Source of the DNA: Tolypothrix carrinoi HA7290-LM1
GTDB taxonomy: Bacteria > Cyanobacteriota > Cyanobacteriia > Cyanobacteriales > Nostocaceae
Assembly: GCA_019358935.1 (NCBI GenBank)
Contig: JAHHIK010000135.1
Span: 1-19,569 of the forward strand
Direction of reading: 5' to 3'
DNA length: 19,569 bases
Position 1 is the first letter of the stretch. Each line of letters starts with the position of its first letter. The translations under genes were made by a program, and so were the position numbers. Below are positions 6,681 through 17,100 of this stretch, piece after piece. The notes beneath the pieces were generated by a model that did not search any database, was not told the DNA's origin, and worked only from the letters and a program-made list of their open reading frames with translations.

Positions 6681-8942
6681 ATGGAAAACGCGAATTTGAA
6701 ACTGCGGGGCATGAGTTGTGCCTCTTGCGCTAACGCAATTGAAGATGCAATTCGCTCCATTCCTGGTGTGAATGAGTGTAACGTCAACTTTGGGGCAGAG
6801 CAAGCTACGGTCACCTATGACCCCAGAAAAACTGACCCAGAAGTGATCTGCGATGCGGTAGATGCGGTGGGATACTCTGCTCAACCCATGCAAGACGATG
6901 ATTTATTTGCCGCAGACGATGATGCTCAACAGCAGGCACGCCAAGCCGGAAATCGAGCCTTAGTCAGAAAAGTTTGGGTTGGCGGCATTGTCAGCGCCAT
7001 TCTAGTCATTGGTTCGCTACCAATGATGACGGGATTATCCATTCCCTTTATTCCCATGTGGTTGCACAATCCCTGGCTGCAATTGGTGCTGACGACTCCA
7101 GTGCTGTTTTGGTGTGGTGCATCCTTCTTTATCAATGCCTGGAAAGCTCTCAAACGTCACACGGCAACGATGGATACCTTGGTGGCGATTGGTACTCTTG
7201 CCGCTTATCTCTATTCCCTCTTCCCTACCTTCTTGCCTGGGTTCTTCACCCACCGAGGATTGCCGCCTGATGTCTACTACGAAGCAGCTGCGGTCATCGT
7301 CACTCTTATCTTGTTGGGACGACTGCTTGAGAATCGTGCCAAAGGACAAACTTCTGAAGCAATTCGTAAGTTGATAGGCTTGCAAGCAAAGACTGCTCGT
7401 GTGATTCGCGATAGCAAAGAAGTTGACATTCCGATTACTCAAGTGATTGAAGGCGATGTGATTCTAGTGCGTCCGGGTGAAAAGATTCCAGTAGATGGCG
7501 AGATTATTGATGGCTCCTCAACTATCGATGAGGCAATGGTCACCGGTGAAAGTCTCCCTGTGAAGAAGCAACCAGGTGATGAAGTGATTGGAGCCACGCT
7601 CAACAAAACAGGTAGCTTCAAATTTCGCGCAACACGAGTGGGTAAAGATACATTTTTGGCGCAGATTGTCAAGCTAGTGCAGCAAGCCCAAGGTTCAAAA
7701 GCACCGATTCAGCGATTAGCAGATCAAGTCACAGGCTGGTTTGTACCTGCCGTCATTGCCATTGCGATCACAACTTTCATCCTCTGGTACAACATGACGG
7801 GCAATGTGACAATGGTACTCATTACCACTGTAGATGTACTAATTATTGCTTGCCCGTGTGCCCTTGGCTTGGCAACGCCAACTTCTATCATGGTAGCAAC
7901 AGGCAAGGGTGCAGAAAATGGTATTCTCATTAAAGGGGCAGAAAGTCTAGAACTCGCACACAAGCTAAAAACTATTGTTCTTGACAAAACGGGTACGATT
8001 ACGCAAGGTAAGCCCACCGTCACTGACTTTGTAACCGTCAACGGTACAGCCAATGGCAACGAGCGAAATCTCCTGTGCCTGGCAGCATCTGTCGAACGCA
8101 ATTCAGAACATCCGCTAGCGGAGGCAGTTGTAAATTATGCTCAATCTCAAGGTGTGGAATTGAGGGATTCACAGGATTTTGAGGCGATCGCTGGTAGCGG
8201 TGTGCAAGGATATGTATCAAATCAATGGATACAAATTGGTACCCATCGTTGGATGAATGAGTTAGGCATTGATACAAATGCATTACAAGAACATTGGGAT
8301 CACCTAGAGTATCTAGGTAAGACGGTCATCTGGATTGCGGTGAATAGCAAAGTTCAAGGGATTATGGGCATTGCTGATGCGGTGAAACCGTCTTCTGTGA
8401 ACGCGATTCGTACATTGCAAAAAATGGGGTTGGAAGTGGTGATGTTGACGGGAGACAATCGCCGCACTGCCGAAGTGATTGCGCGTGAAGTCGGCATTAA
8501 GCGAATCTTTGCTGAAGTTCGCCCGGATCACAAAGCCGAGACCGTCGAGAAACTTCAGTCGGAAGGCAAAATTGTAGCAATGGTCGGGGATGGCATCAAT
8601 GATTCACCAGCGTTGGCTCAAGCTGATGTCGGTATGGCAATTGGAACAGGAACAGATGTGGCGATCGCGGCTAGTGACATCACCCTTATCTCTGGGGATT
8701 TACTCTTGATTGTCACCGCCATTCAACTCTCTCGTGCCACGATTCGCAATATTCGTCAGAATCTCTTCTTCGCCTTTATCTACAACGTCGCTGGTATTCC
8801 AATCGCAGCAGGAATTCTCTTCCCTATCTTCGGTTGGCTGCTCAACCCCACTATTGCAGGTGCAGCAATGGCGTTTAGTTCCGTCTCCGTAGTAACGAAT
8901 GCGCTGCGTTTGCGTAACTTTCAACCTAAAACAACTGGTTGA
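6681..8942 (+). CDS. pacS: Cu(I)-translocating P1B-1 ATPase (PacS/CopA type)
   Basis: N-terminal [41 protein letters not shown], transmembrane YN and MAFSS ligands; AGGAGG RBS. Confidence 0.96.
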   Translation: MENANLKLRGMSCASCANAIEDAIRSIPGVNECNVNFGAEQATVTYDPRKTDPEVICDAVDAVGYSAQPMQDDDLFAADDDAQQQARQAGNRALVRKVWVGGIVSAILVIGSLPMMTGLSIPFIPMWLHNPWLQLVLTTPVLFWCGASFFINAWKALKRHTATMDTLVAIGTLAAYLYSLFPTFLPGFFTHRGLPPDVYYEAAAVIVTLILLGRLLENRAKGQTSEAIRKLIGLQAKTARVIRDSKEVDIPITQVIEGDVILVRPGEKIPVDGEIIDGSSTIDEAMVTGESLPVKKQPGDEVIGATLNKTGSFKFRATRVGKDTFLAQIVKLVQQAQGSKAPIQRLADQVTGWFVPAVIAIAITTFILWYNMTGNVTMVLITTVDVLIIACPCALGLATPTSIMVATGKGAENGILIKGAESLELAHKLKTIVLDKTGTITQGKPTVTDFVTVNGTANGNERNLLCLAASVERNSEHPLAEAVVNYAQSQGVELRDSQDFEAIAGSGVQGYVSNQWIQIGTHRWMNELGIDTNALQEHWDHLEYLGKTVIWIAVNSKVQGIMGIADAVKPSSVNAIRTLQKMGLEVVMLTGDNRRTAEVIAREVGIKRIFAEVRPDHKAETVEKLQSEGKIVAMVGDGINDSPALAQADVGMAIGTGTDVAIAASDITLISGDLLLIVTAIQLSRATIRNIRQNLFFAFIYNVAGIPIAAGILFPIFGWLLNPTIAGAAMAFSSVSVVTNALRLRNFQPKTTG

Positions 8943-8962
8943 ATAAATCACAGGGAGTAGTA

Positions 8963-9046
8963 ATGATGCTTAAGAAAGTAACATTTTTTGGAACCTTGGC
9001 AGGATTTGGATTTCTGCTGGGAGCGATTTCAGGAGCGTTAGCGTAG
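8963..9046 (+). pseudogene. Signal-peptide-only ORF (27 aa), probable stump of a deleted exported protein gene
   Basis: GGGAG RBS, then MMLKKVTFFGTLAGFGFLLGAISGALA*; resembles the N-terminus of the downstream cupredoxin (IIGSIASLGLVFGIAS). Confidence 0.55.
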
Positions 9047-9087
9047 CTTGCAATGTAGTTAAATTCCCCAACGGAGGCGTTTAAATC

Positions 9088-9645
9088 ATGAACAAAATAG
9101 CAATCATTGGTAGTATTGCAAGTTTGGGATTGGTGTTTGGAATTGCTTCTAACAAAGCAGTTGCACAAATGTCCCACGAACAGATGCAACCATCTCATAC
9201 AAAGCAAACGGGTCAGTTCCGTCGCATCGAACAACCCTTGTGGGCAAAAGGAGCCGTTACTGCTGGCGGATTAGGACTGATAGGACTGGAGTTATGGTGG
9301 TTTCTGCTGAGTAAGCCAAAATCGCAAAAAGCACAATCAAAGCAGGGGATTCAAGAGGTAACAATTACCGTTGATGGTGGGTATGAACCAAGCCAAGTGG
9401 TAGTTAATACAGGTCAAAGAGTTCGGCTCAACTTCTACCGTAAAGACTCCAGTAGTTGCCTTGAAGAAATCCGATTTCCTGACTTCCATATTGCCCAAGA
9501 GCTACCCCTAAACCAAGTTACTCCGATTGAGTTTACTCCCAACCAACCAGGAACTTACACCTTTACCTGCGGCATGAATATGTTTCGCGGTGTGATTGAA
9601 GTGGAGTCATCCAATGCTCTTCGCACAGAGCAGATTTCAGCATGA
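9088..9645 (+). CDS. Membrane-anchored cupredoxin-domain protein (CupA-like)
   Basis: Signal peptide (AVA|Q), hydrophobic segment ending LELWWFL, VDGGYEPS, SSCLEEI and FTCGMNMFRG copper ligands; GGAGG RBS. Confidence 0.9.
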   Translation: MNKIAIIGSIASLGLVFGIASNKAVAQMSHEQMQPSHTKQTGQFRRIEQPLWAKGAVTAGGLGLIGLELWWFLLSKPKSQKAQSKQGIQEVTITVDGGYEPSQVVVNTGQRVRLNFYRKDSSSCLEEIRFPDFHIAQELPLNQVTPIEFTPNQPGTYTFTCGMNMFRGVIEVESSNALRTEQISA

Positions 9646-9661
9646 AAACGGGGAGCACCTG

Positions 9662-10650
9662 GGGAGCATCCCATTTTTGCAGAAATACTGATTCATGAGT
9701 GTAGTATGGGGAGAACACAATACTTACTAAAACCATAGGCATGACCCTCGAAGAAAAAGAACGGTTACAAGCAGCAGTAAAAGAAATCGCGACAATCCTG
9801 TATAAAAATACATCACCATCCGAGTTAGAGACTTTGGAAGGAATCGAAAAAACAGTGCGATCGCAGATACTGGAGTACGTCAGTTCTGAAATCGCCTTTT
9901 TTTTATCGAACAAACTACAGGCACAAATAAAGGACGACCCAGACAAATCACGCATTTGTGTAGGGGAGTTGCCGATCACGGAAAAGCAAGCGCGCTCCTT
10001 GGGGCTCGAGCCAAGAAGTCACCTGAGCCCAGTATTAGAGAAATGCAGCTTCAGACTATGTGCCAATGAGTCCTACCAAAATGCCGAGTTGGAACTAGAA
10101 GCATTAACGGGAGTGAAAGTCGGACATAGCACACTACACCGACTGGTGAACAGACAGGATCTGCCACAACCATCGGCATTGCAAGCGGTTTCTCAAGTGA
10201 GTTTGGACGGGGGTAAGGTGCGGTTGCGAACACCAAAAGGACAAGAATGTGAGTGGCGCGATTATAAAGCGGTACGCTTAGGCGGAATTTATTATGGCGC
10301 TTTTTTTCACGATCACCAATCCCTTTTGGATTGGGTTAACTCACAGAGGCTAGTCACCCCATTAGTGTGCTTGGGGGATGGGCATGATGGTGTTTGGAAA
10401 TTATTTACTGAAATTGGCAGTTCTTCAACCCGACTGGAGATCCTCGATTGGTATCAAGTGCTTTGAAAACCTATACAAAGTTGGTGGTTCTCTCAAGCGA
10501 CTTAAGCAAGCAGAAAACTTACTCTGGATTGGTGAGGTAGATGCGACGATCGCTTTGTTTGTTGATTTAGTGAAAAAACAGGCAAAGAATTTTTGTGCAT
10601 ATTTGAACAAGCATCGAAGGTTGTTCCTCCGCAGTGGCTCTCATCATTAA
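9662..10650 (+). mobile_element. Degenerate ISKra4-family element (transposase pseudogene from 9741)
   Basis: Left end GGGAGCATCCCATTT at 9662. TLEGIEKTVR, T8 slippery run at 9897-9904, LDGGKVRLRTP, WRDYKAV, CLGDGHDGVW, EILDWY. Extra frameshifts near 9950 and 10460; similarity lost after about 10620. Confidence 0.85.
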
Positions 10651-10799
10651 GCACTAGGTAATTGGAAGTATCCCAGTTTGATTTTTTTAGAACCAGAGTT
10701 TAATAAAATAAAACTAAATAAAAAACTGGGCTTGCTCGTAAATCATTCTTATCTTAAAAGCATTTTTACCAAAGACTCAACAATTTTTTTTACATCCCT

Positions 10800-10832
10800 C
10801 TTGACTCTCCAGTTAAATGGAGGATTTAAGGT
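10800..10832 (+). promoter_or_regulatory. MerR-type promoter/operator of copZ2-flavodoxin-His-rich protein-RND unit
   Basis: cTTGACT (10801-10806), 20-bp spacer with perfect dyad CTCCA-gttaaa-TGGAG, TAAGGT (10827-10832). Confidence 0.88.
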
Positions 10833-10905
10833 GATTTTAGATGAGGTGGAGCTTTTCAATCACACATCTAACTCCATAACAAATTATCCAAGGTTATTGA
10901 CAGCT

Positions 10906-11103
10906 ATGACACTACAACTTAAAGTTCCTAAACTGGTTTGCTCTGGTTGCGTCAAAACTATCACTGAGGCAATTAAAAAGGTTGATGTTAACGCTATTGT
11001 TCAAGCTGACCCAAAAACGAAATTAATTAACGTAGAAACTCAAGCACCTAGAACAGCTATTGAGACAGCGATCGCGTCAGCAGGTTATCCAACAGCTGCT
11101 TAA
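10906..11103 (+). CDS. copZ: Copper chaperone (HMA domain, Atx1/CopZ), copy 2
   Basis: MTLQLKVPKLVCSGC...AIASAGY; same N-terminus as copy 1, so start set at ATG 10906 rather than 10678. Confidence 0.92.
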   Translation: MTLQLKVPKLVCSGCVKTITEAIKKVDVNAIVQADPKTKLINVETQAPRTAIETAIASAGYPTAA

Positions 11104-11209
11104 TTTGTAAATGACGTATTCTACCATCAGCTATTGGCTTATGCTCTGCTGATAGCTGAATTTCCGAAAAACTCTCAAACATTTTCACGCCAGTCAGTAA
11201 GGAGGAAAA

Positions 11210-11682
11210 ATGGCTAAGATTGGCTTGTTTTATGGAACTCAAACTGGGAATACCCAAACCCAAGCCCAACTTATTCAGAAAGAGTTTGGTGGCGACAGCG
11301 TTGTTGATATCTACGACATCTCTAAAGTAGAATCGAACGATTTTGAGAACTACAACTACATCATCATTGGATGCCCTACCTGGAACATAGGTGAACTGCA
11401 AGACGACTGGGATAATTTCTTTGACGAGTTAGACAATATCGATTTTAGTGGCAAGAAAGTTGCCTATTTTGGGGCTGGCGACCAGAACGGCTACCCCGAC
11501 TCTTTTCAAGACGCAATGGGCATCTTAGAAGAAAAGATTCAGAACTTGGGGGTGAAACCGCCCGCTACTGGTCAACTGAGGGCTACGACTTTACGGAGTC
11601 AAAAGCAGTGCGCGACAGCAAGTTTGTCGGTTTAGCGCTAGATGAAGATAACCAATCTGAGTTAACACAACAACGCATCTTA
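11210..11682 (+). pseudogene. isiB: Long-chain flavodoxin (IsiB/FldA type), frameshifted and C-terminally truncated
   Basis: GLFYGTQTGNT, GCPTWNIGELQDDW, YFGAGDQ. The G5 run at 11548-11552 lacks one G; the shifted frame continues [19 protein letters not shown]...[19 protein letters not shown], then runs straight into the next gene's RBS without the final helix. Confidence 0.9.
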
Positions 11683-11695
11683 GGAGGTAAGTTTT

Positions 11696-12577
11696 ATGAA
11701 GATATTGATGAGTGCGATCGCTACTATTGCAACTCTATTATTTGCACAAAGTTGTTCGACATCACCTAATGCTCAAGAACCGTCAACCGCAGTTTCAGTT
11801 CAACAACACAACGACAAGCATTCAACACAAGTGGGAAGTCACGCAGGACATTCGATGAATGATTCAAGTGACACAAAAACGAATGCAGCGATTCAAGCAA
11901 AACTTACGGTTCCAGAAACGGTCGCAGTTAATGCTCCTGTCCCGTTAGTAATTAATCTTCAAGATGCAACAGAGAAACCTATCGACAAGTTTGATGTTTC
12001 CCACGAACAACTCATGCATCTCATCGTAGTCAGTGATGACCTTCGGTTTTTCGATCATCTGCATCCACGTTATGAAGGCAACGGGCGTTTTACCATCGAA
12101 GCGCAATTACCCAAATCTGGAGGGTATACACTCTTTAGCGATTACAAACCCACTGGACAAACTCAGCAAGTCTCGACACTCAAAACCCAAGTTCCAGGGG
12201 ACAGTTCATCTTCCCCGGACGTAAACTTCAAGCGTAGTCAAACATTTACCAACACCAAGGTCAATTTAGAGCTACCTACTGAAACGGTCAAAGCGGGTGA
12301 GGAATTTGCTGTAACCTTCAATCTCAAAGGCTCTAATAATCAACCTGTCACCGATTTACAGCCTTATATGGGTGAACGGGGACACTTGGTAATTTTGCGT
12401 CAATCGGCCTCACTCACCTCAGCTGATTATATCCATGCTCACGCAATCAAAGATACAACTCCCGGACAAGTTCAGTTTGTGACCAGCTTTCCCAAACCTG
12501 GACTATACAAGCTTTGGGGACAGTTCAACCGCAATGGTGAAATCGTCACGGCTGATTTTTGGGTAAAGGCGAATTAA
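11696..12577 (+). CDS. Secreted/lipoprotein His-rich putative metal-binding protein with two repeated domains
   Basis: Signal peptide ending AQS-C; His-rich linker (HNDKH, HAGHSM); [20 protein letters not shown] and [12 protein letters not shown]...YIHAH repeats; AGGAGG RBS. Confidence 0.8.
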   Translation: MKILMSAIATIATLLFAQSCSTSPNAQEPSTAVSVQQHNDKHSTQVGSHAGHSMNDSSDTKTNAAIQAKLTVPETVAVNAPVPLVINLQDATEKPIDKFDVSHEQLMHLIVVSDDLRFFDHLHPRYEGNGRFTIEAQLPKSGGYTLFSDYKPTGQTQQVSTLKTQVPGDSSSSPDVNFKRSQTFTNTKVNLELPTETVKAGEEFAVTFNLKGSNNQPVTDLQPYMGERGHLVILRQSASLTSADYIHAHAIKDTTPGQVQFVTSFPKPGLYKLWGQFNRNGEIVTADFWVKAN

Positions 12578-12651
12578 CAAAGAACGGGTACTACAGTTCT
12601 GATGCATTCTGATTTCCCAAGGTTTTACATCGCTTTAATTGTTGGTGAGTT

Positions 12652-14046
12652 ATGGAATCTTCTGAGTCTCGACCTTCAAATAGTAAACGTCAGTTCGCGC
12701 CAAAGTTAACGCCGGGTTTCTGGGCAATGTTAGCCTTGCTCCTAGTTGGTGGCGGTGTTGGGTCTTGGTGGTTTTTGGCTCCGGACAAGGAATCACCTCC
12801 AACGGCAGCTAGCCAACCCCAGGCAACAAAGGTACAAGTTGCGACGGTGCAAACTGCCACTATAGAGGAAAGTGCAGAATTTGTTGCAAATCTTCAGTCT
12901 CGTCGCTCTGTCACTCTACGACCGAGAATTCAGGGTCAAGTCTCTCAGATATTTGTTCGGGCAGGGGAGCGGGTTAAAGAAGGTATCCCAATTTTGAAAG
13001 TTGATGCAAAGCAACAACAAGCTTCTGTTGACAGTAGAATCGCAGCTTATGAGTCCACTCAAGCTGATTTGGAAATAGCCCAAGCAGAAGTAAAAAGCGC
13101 CCAAGCAGAAGCAAAAAATGCAACAGCGACACTAAAAGCGTTACAAGCTCGTCGAGTTTCTGAACAGTCTGACTTAAAACTCAATCAGCGCGAGTATGAG
13201 CGGTTCAGCCAGCTATATCAAGAAGGAGCCACCAGTTTGCAAATCCTGGAGCAAAGGCGGAACAGCTTAGAAGCAGCCAAAGCCAAGCTTGCTCAGACGG
13301 ATGCTGACATTGCAGCTCAAGAAGCCATGATTACTAGAGCAGAGGCAGTGATCGCTAAGGCAAAGGCAACAATTGTTAAGAACCGGAGGTTAATCAACCA
13401 AGCTCGGGCAAATGTAAATGAGCAAGCAGCAGAACTTCAGTTTTATACAATTTCTGCGCCGTTTGCGGGTATTGTGGGTGACATTCCTGTTAAGGTGGGT
13501 GATTTTGTCGATACGTCTACCCAGTTAATCACCGTTTCTGAAAACGGTTTATTAGAGGTTAACATTTCGGTTCCCGCAGAACAGGTCGCTCAATTGCGGT
13601 TAGGAAGTTTAGTGGAGTTGGTAGACGGTCAGGGGCGGAAAGCTGGTACCAGTCGCGTATTTTTCATTGCGCCCAACACGGCGAATCAGACACAATCGGT
13701 ACTTGTCAAAGCACTGTTGGATAATTCTCAAGCTCGAGTGCGAACCGACCAATTTATTCGAGCGCGGGTGATTTTGGATCGGCGTCCCGGAGTCCGCATT
13801 CCCACAACCGCTGTAACTCGTTTAGCCAAAGAGACGTTTGTGTTTGTAGTTGAGGAATCGCGCTCATCGCAGTCTGCCCAATCTCAGTTTGTGGCTCGGC
13901 AAAAACCTGTTGAACTAGGCAGTATTGAAGGCAATCAATACCAGGTTTTGAAAGGATTGCAACCAGGAGAACAAATCATCATCTCTAGTTTGCTCACTTT
14001 AAGGGATGGTGCGCCAATTATTCCTGAACCTGAGAAAAATAATTAA
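12652..14046 (+). CDS. RND efflux periplasmic adaptor (membrane fusion protein)
   Basis: N-terminal transmembrane segment, LRPRIQGQVSQIFVRAGERVKEG, long coiled coil, ISAPFAGIVGDIPVKVGDFV, VLKGLQPGEQII. Confidence 0.95.
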   Translation: MESSESRPSNSKRQFAPKLTPGFWAMLALLLVGGGVGSWWFLAPDKESPPTAASQPQATKVQVATVQTATIEESAEFVANLQSRRSVTLRPRIQGQVSQIFVRAGERVKEGIPILKVDAKQQQASVDSRIAAYESTQADLEIAQAEVKSAQAEAKNATATLKALQARRVSEQSDLKLNQREYERFSQLYQEGATSLQILEQRRNSLEAAKAKLAQTDADIAAQEAMITRAEAVIAKAKATIVKNRRLINQARANVNEQAAELQFYTISAPFAGIVGDIPVKVGDFVDTSTQLITVSENGLLEVNISVPAEQVAQLRLGSLVELVDGQGRKAGTSRVFFIAPNTANQTQSVLVKALLDNSQARVRTDQFIRARVILDRRPGVRIPTTAVTRLAKETFVFVVEESRSSQSAQSQFVARQKPVELGSIEGNQYQVLKGLQPGEQIIISSLLTLRDGAPIIPEPEKNN

Positions 14047-14155
14047 TTAGCGAACAATGCATATTGTTGCAGCAAAAGCAAGTCCTAATTGTTTATTTTT
14101 TCATTGACCGATAGTTCTTTGATGGTACAAGCCTCTACATTTATCCCTGGAATCC

Positions 14156-14186
14156 ATCCAAAATCTAAAATCCAAAATCCAAAATC
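14156..14186. repeat. Short tandemly repeated heptamer (STRR), ATCCAAA/ATCTAAA, about 4.4 copies
   Basis: atccaaa atctaaa atccaaa atccaaa atc immediately upstream of the RND gene; typical of filamentous cyanobacteria. Confidence 0.85.
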
Positions 14187-14195
14187 GGTTGACCT

Positions 14196-17100
14196 ATGTT
14201 CGCGGATTTTTTCATCAAGCGACCCGTCTTTGCGATCGTCTGCTCCCTGATAGTTTTGGTATTGGGACTAATTAGCATTCCAACGCTGCCTGTAGAGCAG
14301 TATCCAGACATTAGCCCCGTTCAAATTAGCGTCACAGCCAACTATGTTGGAGCCAGTGCCCAAATTGTCGAAGAAACCGTGACATCGGTTTTAGAGCGAC
14401 AGATCAATGGGGTCGAAGGCATGAGATATATGAATTCGACCAGCAGCAATGACGGTAATAGCACAATTACCATCACTTTTGAACAGGGCTATGACATTAA
14501 TGTTGCAGCCTCTGATGTACAGAATCGTGTTTTGCTGGCACAACCGAAACTACCAGAAGTGGTTCGACAAACCGGAGTCGCAGTTACAAAACAATCAAGT
14601 GGGATTGTTTTAGCAATGGCGCTATACAGCGAGGACGATCGCTACGATGATACTTTTATTAGTAACTATGCAGATTTGTATGTGTTAGACTCGCTCAGAC
14701 GTATCAATGGTGTAGGAAATGTCCTATCCTTTGGAGAACGTCGTTATGCCATGCGAATTTGGCTCGATCCCAATCGCCTTGCTGGTCGTAATTTGACGGC
14801 TCAAGATGTGGTGAATGCCCTCAATCAACAAAATTTGCAGTTAGGCATCGGTGCGATTGGACAACCACCCGCCCCCGATGGGCAAAAGTTTCAGATCGAT
14901 TTGCAAGCTGTTGGACGACTGCGAGAAGCCAAGGAGTTTGAGAATATCATCCTCAAAGCAGGAAATGACGGGACGCTGATCAAACTCAAAGATGTCGGGC
15001 GGGCAGAACTGGGGGCAGAAAGTTACAGCACATTTGCTCGCTATGACGGTCATATTTCTGTAGGCTATCAAATCATCCAAATTCCTGGCAGTAACGCCTT
15101 GGAAATTGCTAAGGCGGTTAAGGCAGAGATGGCACGACTGGCAAAGAATTTTCCACCAGGATTAACATATGAAATCCCCTATGATTCTTCCCGATTTGTT
15201 GAAGCATCCTTCTGGGAAGTGGTCAAAACGCTGATTGAATCGATTGTGCTGGTTGTTGGAGTTATTTTCATTTTCTTGCAAGACTGGCGGACTACCATTG
15301 TTCCAGCGATCGTGATTCCGGTTTCCTTAATTGGCACTTTTGCATTTGTCAAAGTGTTTAATTTTTCACTTAATAGTCTGACTTTATTTGGTTTAACCCT
15401 GGCGACCGGAATGGTTGTCGATGATGCAATCGTTATTGTTGAAGATGTGGTTCGTTTGCTTGAGGAAAAAAGTATCAGTCCGCGTCAGGCGGCTTCTGAA
15501 GCAATGCACGAACTGTTTGGAGCCGTAATTGCAACCTCGCTAGTTCTCATGGCGGTTTTTGTTCCAGTTGCTTTCTTTCCGGGAACAACAGGACAACTCT
15601 ACAAACAATTTGCACTAACGATCGCATTTTCGACTACGCTTTCCACCTTTAATGCCATTACATTTACTCCTGCCGTGTCCGCCATACTGTTACGTCGAGG
15701 ACAACAACCACGCGGCTGGCTCGGCTGGTTTTTTGCAAGGGTAAATGACTTTCTCGACTGGATGCACAGAGGCTATCAACGGATTCTCGGCACTGTCATT
15801 CGCTTTAAGATGGTTGTGTTGTTGTTATTTACTGTATCTTTGGTACTTACAGGCTGGTTGTATCTGCGTGTTCCTCAAGCATTTGTGCCAGAGGAGGACC
15901 AGGGCTATTTTGTCAACCTGATTCAGGGACCGGATGGCGTTTCGTTAAATTACACTCGCTCAGTCGTCATGAAAGCCGAAAAAGAATTACTCAACGTCCC
16001 TGAGATTGAGGGCGTGTTTGCAATGGGCGGTGTTAGTTTTAGCGGAAACACTCCCAATCGTGGATTGATTATGACTCCCCTCAAATCGTGGTCAGAGCGG
16101 CAAAAGCCAGAGCAATCGGTATCAGCAATTCTCAATCGGGTACGCGCACCGCTGATGGGAATTCCAGAAGCACCTGTTCTAGCCGTCAATCCTCCAACTA
16201 TCCAGAGTCTCGGCAGTGTTGGCGGTTTTGTGTTTCAATTGCAAGACCGAGGCGATCAAAGCAATCGAGACATGAATGCACTGGATCAAGTCAAGAACGA
16301 GCTAATTAGCCGCGCCAATCAAACTCCAGGATTGCAAGGAGTCTTTAGTACCTATACTGCTAACGCGCCTCAGTTGATGGTTGAAGTAGATCGAAGCAAA
16401 GCAGAAGCTGTACAGATTCCAATTGATGAAATTTTCAGTACCCTACAAACGTTTATCGGTTCGCGCTATGTGAATGATTTCAACGAATTTGGTCGAACAT
16501 ACCGCGTTTATGTTCAAGCAGACTCACAATTTCGTTCTAACCCAAAAGATGTTGGTCGCTTGTATGTGCGCTCAAGAGTTGGCAACATGATACCCCTTAG
16601 TAACGTTGTAACGATTAAATCAACGACTGGGGCACAAACAATTAATCACTACAACCTTTACCGCTCCATTGAAATCAACGGAGCAGCTGCTCCTGGTTTT
16701 AGTTCTGGGCAAGCAATTGCGGCTATGGAAAAGCTAGCAGCTGAGGTATTACCCGCAAATTTCGGTTTTGAATGGTCGGGTATCTCCTTAGAAGAAGTAG
16801 AATCTGGCGGTCAAGCTCCAATTATTTTCAGTTTGGGGGTCTTTTTTGTCTTCCTTGTGCTGGCAGCGCAATACAACAATTTTGTCGATCCTTTCATCAT
16901 TATGCTGGCAGTTCCCTTGGCGGTCTTGGGAGCTTTATCGACTCAATCCCTGCGGGGCTTGTACAACGATGTTTACTGTCAAGTTGGTTTAGTCATGCTG
17001 ATTGGGTTAGCTAGCAAGAATTCGATTTTAATTGTAGAATTTGCCAACCAGCTACGAGAACAGGGACTTTCAGTTACTAAGGCAGTGGTGGAAGCTGCAC

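Noticed and set aside
10678..10905. N-terminal extension of copZ2 in the ORF track (likewise 6416-6436 for copZ1 and 2470-2568 for DUF924)
   Set aside because: The extensions run through promoter, leader or hairpin DNA; paralogue alignment and RBS positions favour the internal ATGs.
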